Source: Eledone cirrhosa (Eukaryota). From it: DNA of 64,000 nucleotides. Positions 49,301-61,300 of this stretch are shown here, in pieces. Under the pieces are notes generated by a model. It made no database searches. It worked only from the letters and a program-made list of their open reading frames with translations, and was not told the DNA's origin. Each line of letters starts with the position of its first letter. Position 1 is the first letter of the stretch. A program made the position numbers and the translations under genes. The stretch lies in NCBI GenBank assembly GCA_964016885.1, contig OZ024742.1, positions 363,568,001-363,632,000 of the forward strand. The letters run 5' to 3'.

Positions 49301-52300
49301 TGTGTGGTGTGGGAGGGAGTGTGTGTATGTGGTTGAGAGCCTTAGTGTGTGGTGTGGGAGGGAGTGTGTGTATGTGTTTGAGAGCCTTAGTGTGTGGTGT
49401 GGGGGGAGTGTGTGTATGTGGTTGAGAGCCGTAGTGTGTGGTGTGGGAGGGAGTGTGTGTATGTGGTTGAGAGCCTTAGTGTGTGGTGTGGGAGGGAGTG
49501 TGTGTATGTGGTTGAGAGCCTTAGTGTGTGGTGTGGGAGGGAGTGTGTGTATGTGGTTGAGAGCCTTAGTGTGTGGTGTGGGGGGAGTGTGTGTATGTGG
49601 TTGAGAGCCTTATTGTGTGGTGTGGGGGGAGTGTGTGTATGTGGTTGAGAGCCTTAGTGTGTGGTGTGGGAGAGAGTGTGTGTATGTGGTTGAGAGCCTT
49701 AGTGTGTGGTGTGGGAGAGAGTGTGTGTATGTGGTTGAGAGCCTTAGTGTGTGGTGTGGGGGGAGTGTGTGTATGTGGTTGAGAGCCTTAGTGTGTGGTG
49801 TGGGAGAGAGTGTGTGTATGTGGTTGAGAGCCTTAGTGTGTGGTGTGGGGGGAGTGTGTGTATGTGGTTGAGAGCCTTAGTGTGTGGTGTGGGAGGGAGT
49901 GTGTGTATGTGGTTGAGAGCCGTAGTGTGTGGTGTGGGAGGGAGTGTGTGTATGTGGTTGAGAGCCGTAGTGTGTGGTGTGGGAGGGAGTGTGTGTATGT
50001 GGTTGAGAGCCTTAGTGTGTGGTGTGGGAGGGAGTGTGTGTATGTGGTTGAGAGCCTTAGTGTGTGGTGTGGGAGGGAGTGTGTGTATGTGGTTGAGAGC
50101 CTTAGTGTGTGGTGTGGGAGGGAGTGTGTGTATGTGGTTGAGAGCCTTATTGTGTGGTGTGGGGGGAGTGTGTGTATGTGGTTGAGAGCCTTAGTGTGTG
50201 GTGTGGGGGGAGTGTGTGTATGTGGTTGAGAGCCGTAGTGTGTGGTGTGGGAGGGAGTGTGTGTATGTGGTTGAGAGCCTTAGTGTGTGGTGTGGGGGGA
50301 GTGTGTGTATGTGGTTGAGAGCCTTATTGTGTGGTGTGGGAGGGAGTGTGTGTATGTGGTTGAGAGCCGTAGTGTGTGGTGTGGGAGGGAGTGTGTGTAT
50401 GTGGTTGAGAGCCTTAGTGTGTGGTGTGGGAGGGAGTGTGTGTATGTGGTTGAGAGCCTTAGTGTGTGGTGTGGGAGGGAGTGTGTGTATGTGGTTGAGA
50501 GCCTTAGTGTGTGGTGTGGGGGGAGTGTGTGTATGTGGTTGAGAGCCTTAGTGTGTGGTGTGGGAGGAGTGTGTGTATGTGGTTGAGAGCCTTAGTGTGT
50601 GGTGTGGGAGGAGTGTGTGTATGTGGTTGAGAGCCTTAGTGTGTGGTGTGGGGGGAGTGTGTGTATGTGGTTGAGAGCCTTAGTGTGTGGTGTGGGAGGA
50701 GTGTGTGTATGTGGTTGAGAGCCGTAGTGTGGTGTGTGGGAGGGAGTGTGTGTATGTGGTTGAGAGCCTTAGTGTGTGGTGTGGGAGGGAGTGTGTGTAT
50801 GTGGTTGAGAGCCTTATTGTGTGGTGTGGGAGGGAGTGTGTGTATGTGGTTGAGAGCCTTAGTGTGTGGTGTGGGGGGAGTGTGTGTATGTGGTTGAGAG
50901 CCTTAGTGTGTGGTGTGGGGGGAGTGTGTGTATGTGGTTGAGAGCCTTAGTGTGTGGTGTGGGGGGAGTGTGTGTATGTGGTTGAGAGCCGTAGTGTGGT
51001 GTGTGGGAGGGAGTGTGTGTATGTGGTTGAGAGCCTTAGTGTGTGGTGTGGGAGGGAGTGTGTGTATGTGGTTGAGAGCCTTATTGTGTGGTGTGGGAGG
51101 GAGTGTGTGTATGTGGTTGAGAGCCGTAGTGTGTGGTGTGGGAGGGAGTGTGTGTATGTGGTTGAGAGCCTTAGTGTGTGGTGTGGGGGGAGTGTGTGTA
51201 TGTGGTTGAGAGCCTTAGTGTGTGGTGTGGGAGGAGTGTGTGTATGTGGTTGAGAGCCTTAGTGTGTGGTGTGGGGGGAGTGTGTGTATGTGGTTGAGAG
51301 CCGTAGTGTGGTGTGTGGGAGGGAGTGTGTGTATGTGGTTGAGAGCCTTAGTGTGTGGTGTGGGGGGAGTGTGTGTATGTGGTTGAGAGCCGTAGTGTGG
51401 TGTGTGGGAGGGAGTGTGTGTATGTGGTTGAGAGCCTTAGTGTGTGGTGTGGGAGGGAGTGTGTGTATGTGGTTGAGAGCCTTATTGTGTGGTGTGGGAG
51501 GGAGTGTGTGTATGTGGTTGAGAGCCGTAGTGTGTGGTGTGGGAGGGAGTGTGTGTATGTGGTTGAGAGCCTTAGTGTGTGGTGTGGGAGGGAGTGTGTG
51601 TATGTGGTTGAGAGCCGTAGTGTGTGTATGTGGTTGAGAGCCTTAGTGTGTGGTGTGGGAGGGAGTGTGTGTATGTGGTTGAGAGCCGTAGTGTGTGGTG
51701 TGGGGGGGAGTGTGTGTATGTGGTTGAGAGCCGTAGTGTGTGGTGTGGGAGGCAGTGTGTGTATGTGGTTGAGAGGCGTAGTGTGTGGTGTGGGAGGGAG
51801 TGTGTGTATGTGGTTGAGAGGCGTAGTGTGTGGTGTGGGAGAGAGTGTGTGTATGTGGTTTAGAGCCTTGGTGTGTGGTGTGGGAGGGAGTGTGTGTATG
51901 TGGTTGAGAGCCGTAGTGTGTGGTGTGGGGGGGAGTGTGTGTATGTGGTTGAGAGGCGTAGTGTGTGGTGTGGGAGGGAGTGTGTGTATGTGGTTGAGAG
52001 CCGTAGTGTGTGGTGTGGGAGGGAGTGTGTGTATGTGGTTGAGAGCCGTAGTGTGTGGTGTGGGAGGGAGTGTGTGTATGTTGCTGAGAGCCTTAGTGTG
52101 TGGTGTGGGAGGGAGTGTGTGTATGTGGTTGAGAGCCGCGGTGTGTGGTGTGGGAGGGAGTGTGTGTATTTGGTTGAGAGACGTAGTGTGGTGTGGGAGG
52201 CAGTGTGTGTATGTGGTTGAGAGCCTTAGTGTGTGGTGTGGGAGGGAGTGTGTGTATGTGGTTGAGAGCCTTAGTGTGTGGTGTGGGAGGGAGTGTGTGT

Positions 52301-55300
52301 ATGTGGTTGAGAGCCTTAGTGTGTGGTGTGGGAGGGAGTGTGTGTATTTGGTTGAGAGACGTAGTGTGGTGTGGGAGGCAGTGTGTGTATGTGGTTGAGA
52401 GCCTTAGTGTGTGGTGTGGGAGGGAGTGTGTGTATGTGGTTGAGAGCCTTAGTGTGTGGTGTGGGAGGGAGTGTGTGTATGTGGTTGAGAGCCTTAGTGT
52501 GTGGTGTGGGAGGGAGTGTGTGTATGTGGTTGAGAGCCGTAGTGTGTGGTGTGGGAGGGAGTGTGTGTATGTGGTTGAGAGCCGTAGTGTGTGGTGTGGG
52601 AGGGAGTGTGTGTATGTGGTTGAGAGCCTTAGTGTGTGGTGTGGAGGGAGTGTGTGTATGTGGTTGAGAGCCGTAGTGTGTGGTGTGGGAGGGAGTGTGT
52701 GTATGTGGTTGAGAGCCGTAGTGTGTGGTGTGGGAGGGAGTGTGTGTATGTGGTTGAGAGCCGTAGTGTGTGGTGTGGGAGGCAGTGTGTGTATGTGGTT
52801 GAGAGCCGTAGTGTGTGGTGTGGGAGGGAGTGTGTGTATGTGGTTGAGAGCCGTAGTGTGTGGTGTGGGAGGGAGTGTGTGTATGTTGCTGAGAGCCTTA
52901 GTGTGTGGTGTGGGAGGGAGTGTGTGTATGTGGTTGAGAGCCGCGGTGTGTGGTGTGGGAGGGAGTGTGTGTATTTGGTTGAGAGACGTAGTGTGGTGTG
53001 GGAGGCAGTGTGTGTATGTGGTTGAGAGCCTTAGTGTGTGGTGTGGGAGGGAGTGTGTGTATTTGGTTGAGAGCCATAGTGTGTGGTGTGGGGGGAGTGT
53101 GTGTATGTGGTTGAGAGCCGTAGTGTGTGGTGTGGGAGGGAGTGTGTGTATGTGGTTGAGAGGCGTAGTGTGTGGTGTGGGAGGGAGTGTGTGTATGTGG
53201 TTGAGAGCCGTAGTGTGTGGTGTGGGAGGGAGTGTGTGTATGTGGTTGAGAGCCTTAGTGTGTGGTGTGGGAGGGAGTGTGTGTATGTGGTTGAGGGCCG
53301 TAGTGTGTGGTGTGGGGGGAGTGTGTGTATGTGGTTGAGAGCCTTAGTGTGTGGTGTGGGGGGAGTGTGTGTATGTGGTTGAGAGCCGTAGTGTGTGGTG
53401 TGGGAGGGAGTGTGTGTATGTGGTTGAGAGGCGTAGTGTGTGGTGTGGGAGGGAGTGTGTGTATGTGGTTGAGAGCCGTAGTGTGTGGTGTGGGAGGGAG
53501 TGTGTGTATGTGGTTGAGAGCCGTAGTGTGTGGTGTGGGAGGGAGTGTGTGTATGTGGTTGAGAGCCTTAGTGTGTGGTGTGGGAGGGAGTGTGTGTATG
53601 TGGTTGAGAGCCGTAGTGTGTGGTGTGGGAGGGAGTGTGTGTATGTGGTTGAGAGGCGTAGTGTGTGGTGTGGGAGGGAGTGTGTGTATGTGGTTGAGAG
53701 CCGTAGTGTGTGGTGTGGGGGGAGTGTGTGTATGTGGTTGAGAGCCGTAGTGTGTGGTGTGGGAGGGAGTGTGTGTATGTGGTTGAGAGGCGTAGTGTGT
53801 GGTGTGGGAGGGAGTGTGTGTATGTGGTTGAGAGCCGTAGTGTGTGGTGTGGGAGGGAGTGTGTGTATGTGGTTGAGAGCCTTAGTGTGTGGTGTGGGAG
53901 GGAGTGTGTGTATGTGGTTGAGGGCCGTAGTGTGTGGTGTGGGGGGAGTGTGTGTATGTGGTTGAGAGCCTTAGTGTGTGGTGTGGGGGGAGTGTGTGTA
54001 TGTGGTTGAGAGCCGTAGTGTGTGGTGTGGGAGGGAGTGTGTGTATGTGGTTGAGAGGCGTAGTGTGTGGTGTGGGAGGGAGTGTGTGTATGTGGTTGAG
54101 AGCCGTAGTGTGTGGTGTGGGAGGGAGTGTGTGTATGTGGTTGAGAGCCGTAGTGTGTGGTGTGGGAGGGAGTGTGTGTATGTGGTTGAGAGCCTTAGTG
54201 TGTGGTGTGGGAGGGAGTGTGTGTATGTGGTTGAGAGCCTTAGTGTGTGGTGTGGGAGGGAGTGTGTGTATGTGGTTGAGAGCCTTAGTGTGTGGTGTGG
54301 GAGGGAGTGTGTGTATGTGTTTGAGAGCCTTAGTGTGTGGTGTGGGGGGAGTGTGTGTATGTGGTTGAGAGCCTTAGTGTGTGGTGTGGGAGGGAGTGTG
54401 TGTATGTGGTTGAGAGCCTTAGTGTGTGGTGTGGGAGGGAGTGTGTGTATGTGGTTGAGAGCCTTAGTGTGTGGTGTGGGAGGGAGTGTGTGTATGTGGT
54501 TGAGAGCCTTAGTGTGTGGTGTGGGAGGGAGTGTGTGTATGTGTTTGAGAGCCTTAGTGTGTGGTGTGGGGGGAGTGTGTGTATGTGGTTGAGAGCCTTA
54601 GTGTGTGGTGTGGGAGGGAGTGTGTGTATGTGGTTGAGAGCCTTAGTGTGTGGTGTGGGAGGGAGTGTGTGTATGTGGTTGAGAGCCTTAGTGTGTGGTG
54701 TGGGAGGGAGTGTGTGTATGTGGTTGAGAGCCTTAGTGTGTGGTGTGGGAGGGAGTGTGTGTATGTGGTTGAGAGCCTTAGTGTGTGGTGTGGGAGGGAG
54801 TGTGTGTATGTGGTTGAGAGCCGTAGTGTGTGGTGTGGGAGGGAGTGTGTGTATGTGGTTGAGAGCCTTAGTGTGTGGTGTGGGAGGGAGTGTGTGTATG
54901 TGGTTGAGAGCCTTAGTGTGTGGTGTGGGAGGGAGTGTGTGTATGTGGTTGAGAGCCTTAGTGTGTGGTGTGGGGGGGAGTGTGTGTATGTGGTTGAGAG
55001 CCGTAGTGTGTGGTGTGGGAGGGAGTGTGTGTATGTGGTTGAGGGCCGTAGTGTGTGGTGTGGGAGGGAGTGTGTGTATGTGGTTGAGAGCCGTAGTGTG
55101 TGGTGTGGGAGGGAGTGTGTGTATGTGGTTGAGGGCCGTAGTGTGTGGTGTGGGAGGGAGTGTGTGTATGTGGTTGAGGGCCGTAGTGTGTGGTGTGGGG
55201 GGAGTGTGTGTATGTGGTTGAGAGCCTTAGTGTGTGGTGTGGGAGGGAGTGTGTGTATGTGGTTGAGAGCCTTAGTGTGTGGTGTGGGAGGGAGTGTGTG

Positions 55301-58300
55301 TATGTGGTTGAGGGCCGTAGTGTGTGGTGTGGGAGGGAGTGTGTGTATGTGGTTGAGAGCCTTAGTGTGTGGTGTGGGAGGGAGTGTGTGTATGTGGTTG
55401 AGAGCCTTAGTGTGTGGTGTGGGAGGGAGTGTGTGTATGTGGTTGAGAGCCTTAGTGTGTGGTGTGGGAGGGAGTGTGTGTATGTGGTTGAGAGCCTTAG
55501 TGTGTGGTGTGGGAGGGAGTGTGTGTATGTGGTTGAGAGCCTTAGTGTGTGGTGTGGGAGGGAGTGTGTGTATGTGGTTGAGAGCCTTAGTGTGTGGTGT
55601 GGGAGGGAGTGTGTGTATGTGGTTGAGAGCCTTAGTGTGTGGTGTGGGAGGGAGTGTGTGTATGTGGTTGAGAGCCTTAGTGTGTGGTGTGGGAGGGAGT
55701 GTGTGTATGTGTTTGAGAGCCTTAGTGTGTGGTGTGGGGGGAGTGTGTGTATGTGGTTGAGAGCCGTAGTGTGTGGTGTGGGAGGGAGTGTGTGTATGTG
55801 GTTGAGAGCCTTAGTGTGTGGTGTGGGAGGGAGTGTGTGTATGTGGTTGAGAGCCTTAGTGTGTGGTGTGGGAGGGAGTGTGTGTATGTGGTTGAGAGCC
55901 TTAGTGTGTGGTGTGGGGGGAGTGTGTGTATGTGGTTGAGAGCCTTATTGTGTGGTGTGGGAGGGAGTGTGTGTATGTGGTTGAGAGCCGTAGTGTGTGG
56001 TGTGGGAGGGAGTGTGTGTATGTGGTTGAGAGCCTTAGTGTGTGGTGTGGGAGGGAGTGTGTGTATGTGGTTGAGAGCCTTAGTGTGTGGTGTGGGAGGG
56101 AGTGTGTGTATGTGGTTGAGAGCCTTAGTGTGTGGTGTGGGAGGGAGTGTGTGTATGTGGTTGAGAGCCTTAGTGTGTGGTGTGGGAGGGAGTGTGTGTA
56201 TGTGGTTGAGAGCCGTAGTGTGTGGTGTGGGGGGAGTGTGTGTATGTGGTTGAGAGCCTTATTGTGTGGTGTGGGAGGGAGTGTGTGTATGTGGTTGAGA
56301 GCCGTAGTGTGTGGTGTGAGAGGGAGTGTGTGTATGTGGTTGAGAGCCTTAGTGTGTGGTGTGGGAGGGAGTGTGTGTATGTGGTTGAGAGCCGTAGTGT
56401 GTGGTGTGGGGGGGAGTGTGTGTATGTGGTTGAGAGCCTTAGTGTGTGGTGTGGGGGGAGTGTGTGTATGTGGTTGAGAGCCGTAGTGTGTGGTGTGGGA
56501 GGGAGTGAGTGTATGTGGTTGAGAGGCCGTAGTGTGTGGTGTGGAGGGGGGAGTGTGTGTATGTGGTTGAGAGCCGTAGTGTGTGGTGTGGGGGGAGTGT
56601 GTGTATGTGGTTGAGAGCCGTAGTGTGTGGTGTGGGAGGGAGTGAGTGTATGTGGTTGAGAGCCGTAGTGTGTGGTGTGGGGGGAGTGTGTGTATGTGGT
56701 TGAGAGCCGTAGTGTGTGGTGTGGGAGGGAGTGTGTGTATGTGGTTGAGAGCCGTAGTGTGTGGTGTGGGGGGAGTGTGTGTATGTGGTTGAGAGCCGTA
56801 GTGTGTGGTGTGGGAGGGAGTGTGTGTATGTGGTTGAGAGCCGTAGTGTGTGGTGTGGGGGGAGTGTGTGTATGTGGTTGAGAGCCGTAGTGTGTGTGTG
56901 TGGGAGGGAGTGTGTGTATGTGGTTGAGAGCCGTAGTGTGTGGTGTGGGAGGGAGTGTGTGTATGTGGTTGAGAGCCGTAGTGTGTGGTGTGGGGGGAGT
57001 GTGTGTATGTGGTTGAGAGCCGTAGTGTGTGGTGTGGGGGGAGTGTGTGTATGTGGTTGAGAGCCGTAGTGTGTGGTGTGGGAGGGGAGTGTGTGTATGT
57101 GGTTGAGAGCCGTAGTGTGTCGTGTGGGGGGGAGTGTGTGTATGTGGTTGAGAGCCGTAGTGTGTGGTGTGGGGAGAGTGTGTGTATGTGGTTGAGAGCC
57201 TTAGTGTGTGGTGTGGGGGGAGTGTGTGTATGTGGTTGAGAGCCTTAGTGTGTGGTGTGGGGGGAGTGTGTGTATGTGGTTGAGAGCCGTAGTGTGTGGT
57301 GTGGGGGGAGTGTGTGTATGTGGTTGAGAGCCTTAGTGTGTGGTGTGGGGGGGAGTGTGTGTATGTGGTTGAGAGCCTTAGTGTGTGTTGGGGGAGTGTG
57401 TAGTGGTGAGAGCTTGGGAGTGTGTGTATGTGGTTGAGAGCCGTAGTGTGTGGTGTGGGGGGGAGTGTGTGTATGTGGTTGAGAGCCGTAGTGTGTGGTG
57501 TGGGAGGGAGTGTGTGTATGTGGTTGAGAGCCTTAGTGTGTGGTGTGGGAGGGAGTGTGTGTATGTGGTTGAGAGACTTAGTGTGTGGTGTGGGAGGGAG
57601 TGTGTGTATGTGGTTGAGAGCCTTAGTGTGTGGTGTGGGAGGGAGTGTGTGTATGTGGTTGAGAGCCTTAGTGTGTGGTGTGGGAGGGAGTGTGTGTATG
57701 TGGTTGAGAGCCTTAGTGTGTGGTGTGGGGAGGGAGTGTGTGTATGTGGTTGAGAGCCTTAGTGTGTGGTGTGGGAGGGAGTGTGTGTATGTGGTTGAGA
57801 GCCGTAGTGTGTGGTGTGGGAGGGAGTGTGTGTATGTGGTTGAGAGCCGTAGTGTGTGGTGTGAGAGGGAGTGTGTGTATGTGGTTGAGAGCCGTAGTGT
57901 GTGGTGTGGGAGGGAGTGTGTGTATGTGGTTGAGAGCCGTAGTGTGTGGTGTGTGGGAGGGAGTGTGTGTATGTGGTTGAGAGCCGTAGTGTGTGGTGTG
58001 GGAGGGGAGTGTGTGTATGTGGTTGAGAGCCGTAGTGTGTGGTGTGGGAGGGAGTGTGTGTATGTGGTTGAGAGCAGTAGTGTGTGGTGTGGGAGGGAGT
58101 GTGTGTATGTGGTTGAGAGCCGTAGTGTGTGGTGTGGGAGGGAGTGTGTGTATGTGGTTGAGAGCCGTAGTGTGGTGGTGTGGGAGGGAGTGTGTGTATG
58201 TGGTTGAGAGCCTTAGTGTGAAGTGTGGGGGGGGGGGAGTGTGTGTATGTGGTTGAGAGCCGTAGTGTGTGTTGTGGGAGGGAGTGTGTGTATGTGGTTG

Positions 58301-61300
58301 AGAGACGTAGTGTGTGGTGTGGGAGGGAGTGTGTGTATGTGGTTGAGAGCCATAGTGTGTGGTGTGGGGGGAGTGTGTGTATGTGGTTGAGAGCCGTAGT
58401 GTGTGGTGTGGGAGGGAGTGTGTGTATGTGGTTGAGAGACGTAGTGTGTGGTGTGGGAGGGAGTGTGTGTATGTGGTTGAGAGCCATAGTGTGTGGTGTG
58501 GGGGGAGTGTGTGTATGTGGTTGAGAGCCTTAGTGTGTGGTGTGGGAGGGAGTGTGTGTATGTGGTTGAGAGACGTAGTGTGTGGTGTGGGAGGGAGTGT
58601 GTGTATGTGGTTGAGAGCCGTAGTGTGTGGTGTGGGAGGGAGTGTGTGTATGTGGTTGAGAGCCGTAGTGTGTGGTGTGGGAGGGAGTGTGTGTATGTGG
58701 TTGAGAGCCGTAGTGTGAAGTGTGTGGGGGGGGAGTGTGTGTATGTGGTTGAGAGCCGTAGTGTGTGGTGTGGGAGGGAGTGTGTGTATGTGGTTGAGAG
58801 CCTTAGTGTGTGGTGTGGGAGGGAGTGTGTGTATGTGGTTGAGAGCCTAGTGTGTGGTGTGGAGGGAGTGTGTGTATGTGGTTGAGAGACTTAGTGTGTG
58901 GTGTGGGAGGGAGTGTGTGTATGTGGTTGAGAGCCGTAGTGTTGTGGTGTGGGAGGGAGTGTGTGTATGTGGTTGAGAGACGTAGTGTGTGGTGTGGGAG
59001 GGAGTGTGTGTATGTGGTTGAGAGCCGTAGTGTGTGGTGTGGGAGGGAGTGTGTGTATGTGGTTGAGAGCCGTAGTGTGTGGTGTGGGAGGGAGTGTGTG
59101 TATGTGGTTGAGAGCCTTAGTGTGTGGTGTGGGAGGGAGTGTGTGTATGTGGTTGAGAGCCGTAGTGTGTGGTGTGGGAGGGAGTGTGTGTATGTGGTTG
59201 AGAGCCTTAGTGTGTGGTGTGGGAGGGAGTGTGTGTATGTGGTTGAGAGCCGTAGTGTGAAGTGTGTGGGGGGGGGGTGTATGTGGTTGAGAGCCTTAGT
59301 GTGTGGTGTGGGAGGGAGTGTGTGTATGTGGTTGAGAGCCGTAGTGTGTGGTGTGGGAGGGAGTGTGTGTATGTGGTTGAGAGCCGTAGTGTGTGGTGTG
59401 GGGGGAGTGTGTGTATGTGGTTGAGAGCCTTAGTGTGAGTGTGTGGGGGGGGGGGTGTATGTGGTGAGAGCCTTAGTGTGTGGTGTGGGAGGGAGTGTGT
59501 GTATGTGGTTGAGAGCCGTAGTGTGTGGTGTGGGAGGGAGTGTGTGTATGTGGTTGAGAGCCTTAGTGTGTGGGTGTGGGAGGGAGTGTGTGTATGTGGT
59601 TGAGAGCCTTAGTGTGTGGTGTGGGAGGGAGTGTGTGTATGTGGTTGAGAGCCTTATTGTGTGGTGTGGGCCTTAGTGTGTGGTGTGGGAGAGAGTGTGT
59701 GTATGTGGTTGAGAGCCGTAGTGTGTGGTGTGGGAGGGAGTGTGTGTATGTGGTTGAGAGACGTAGTGTGTGGTGTGGGAGGGAGTGTGTGTATGTGGTT
59801 GAGAGCCGTAGTGTGTGGTGTGGGAGGGAGTGTGTGTATGTGGTTGAGAGCCTTAGTGTGTGGTGTGGGAGAGAGTGTGTGTATGTGGTTGAGAGCCTTA
59901 GTGTGTGGTGTGGGAGGGAGTGTGTGTATGTGGTTGAGAGCCGTAGTGTGTGGTGTGGGAGGGAGTGTGTGTATGTGGTTGAGAGCCTTAGTGTGTGGTG
60001 TGGGAGGGAGTGTATGTATGTGGTTGAGAGCCGTAGTGTGTGGTGTGGGAGGGAGAGTGTGTATGTGGTTGAGAGCCGTAGTGTGTGGTGTGGGAGGGAG
60101 TGTATGTATGTGGTTGAGAGCCGTAGTGTGTGGTGTGGGAGGGAGAGTGTGTATGTGGTTGAGAGCCTTAGTGTGTGGTGTGGGAGGGAGTGTATGTATG
60201 TGGTTGAGAGCCGTAGTGTGTGGTGTGGGAGGGAGAGTGTGTATGTGGTTGAGAGCCGTAGTGTGTGGTGTGGGAGGGAGTGTGTGTATGTGGTTGAGAG
60301 CCTTAGTGTGTGGTGTGGGAGGGAGTGTATGTATGTGGTTGAGAGCCGTAGTGTGTGGTGTGGGAGGGAGAGTGTGTATGTGGTTGAGAGCCGTAGTGTG
60401 TGGTGTGGGAGGGAGAGTGTGTATGTGGTTGAGAGCCGTAGTGTGTGGTGTGGGAGGGAGTGTGTGTATGTGGTTGAGAGCCTTAGTGTGTGGTGTGGGA
60501 GGGAGTGTATGTATGTGGTTGAGAGCCGTAGTGTGTGGTGTGGGAGGGAGAGTGTGTATGTGGTTGAGAGCCTTAGTGTGTGGTGTGGGAGGGAGTGTAT
60601 GTATGTGGTTGAGAGCCGTAGTGTGGTGTGGGAGGGAGAGGTATGTGTTGAGCTTAGGTGTGTGTGGAGGAGTTTAGTGTGTGGTGTGGGAGGGAGAGTG
60701 TGTATGTGGTTGAGAGCCTTAGTGTGTGGTGTGGGAGGAGAGTGTGTATGTGGTTGAGAGCCGTAGTGTGTGGTGTGGGAGGGAGTGTGTGTATGTGGTT
60801 GAGAGCCGTAGTGTGTGGTGTGGGAGGGAGAGTGTGTATGTGGTTGAGAGCCTTAGTGTGTGGTGTGGGAGGGAGTGTATGTATGTGGTTGAGAGCCGTA
60901 GTGTGTGGTGTGGGAGGGAGAGTGTGTATGTGGTTGAGAGCCGTAGTGTGTGGTGTGGGAGGGAGTGTGTGTATGTGGTTGAGAGCCGTAGTGTGTGGTG
61001 TGGGAGGGAGAGTGTGTATGTGGTTGAGAGCCTTAGTGTGTGGTGTGGGAGGGAGTGTATGTATGTGGTTGAGAGCCGTAGTGTGTGGTGTGGGAGGGAG
61101 AGTGTGTATGTGGTTGAGAGCCGTAGTGTGTGGTGTGGGAGGGAGTGTGTGTATGTGGTTGAGAGCCGTAGTGTGTGGTGTGGGAGGGAGAGTGTGTATG
61201 TGGTTGAGAGCCTTAGTGTGTGGTGTGGGAGGGAGTGTATGTATGTGGTTGAGAGCCGTAGTGTGTGGTGTGTGGGAGGGAGTGTGTGTATGTGGTTGAG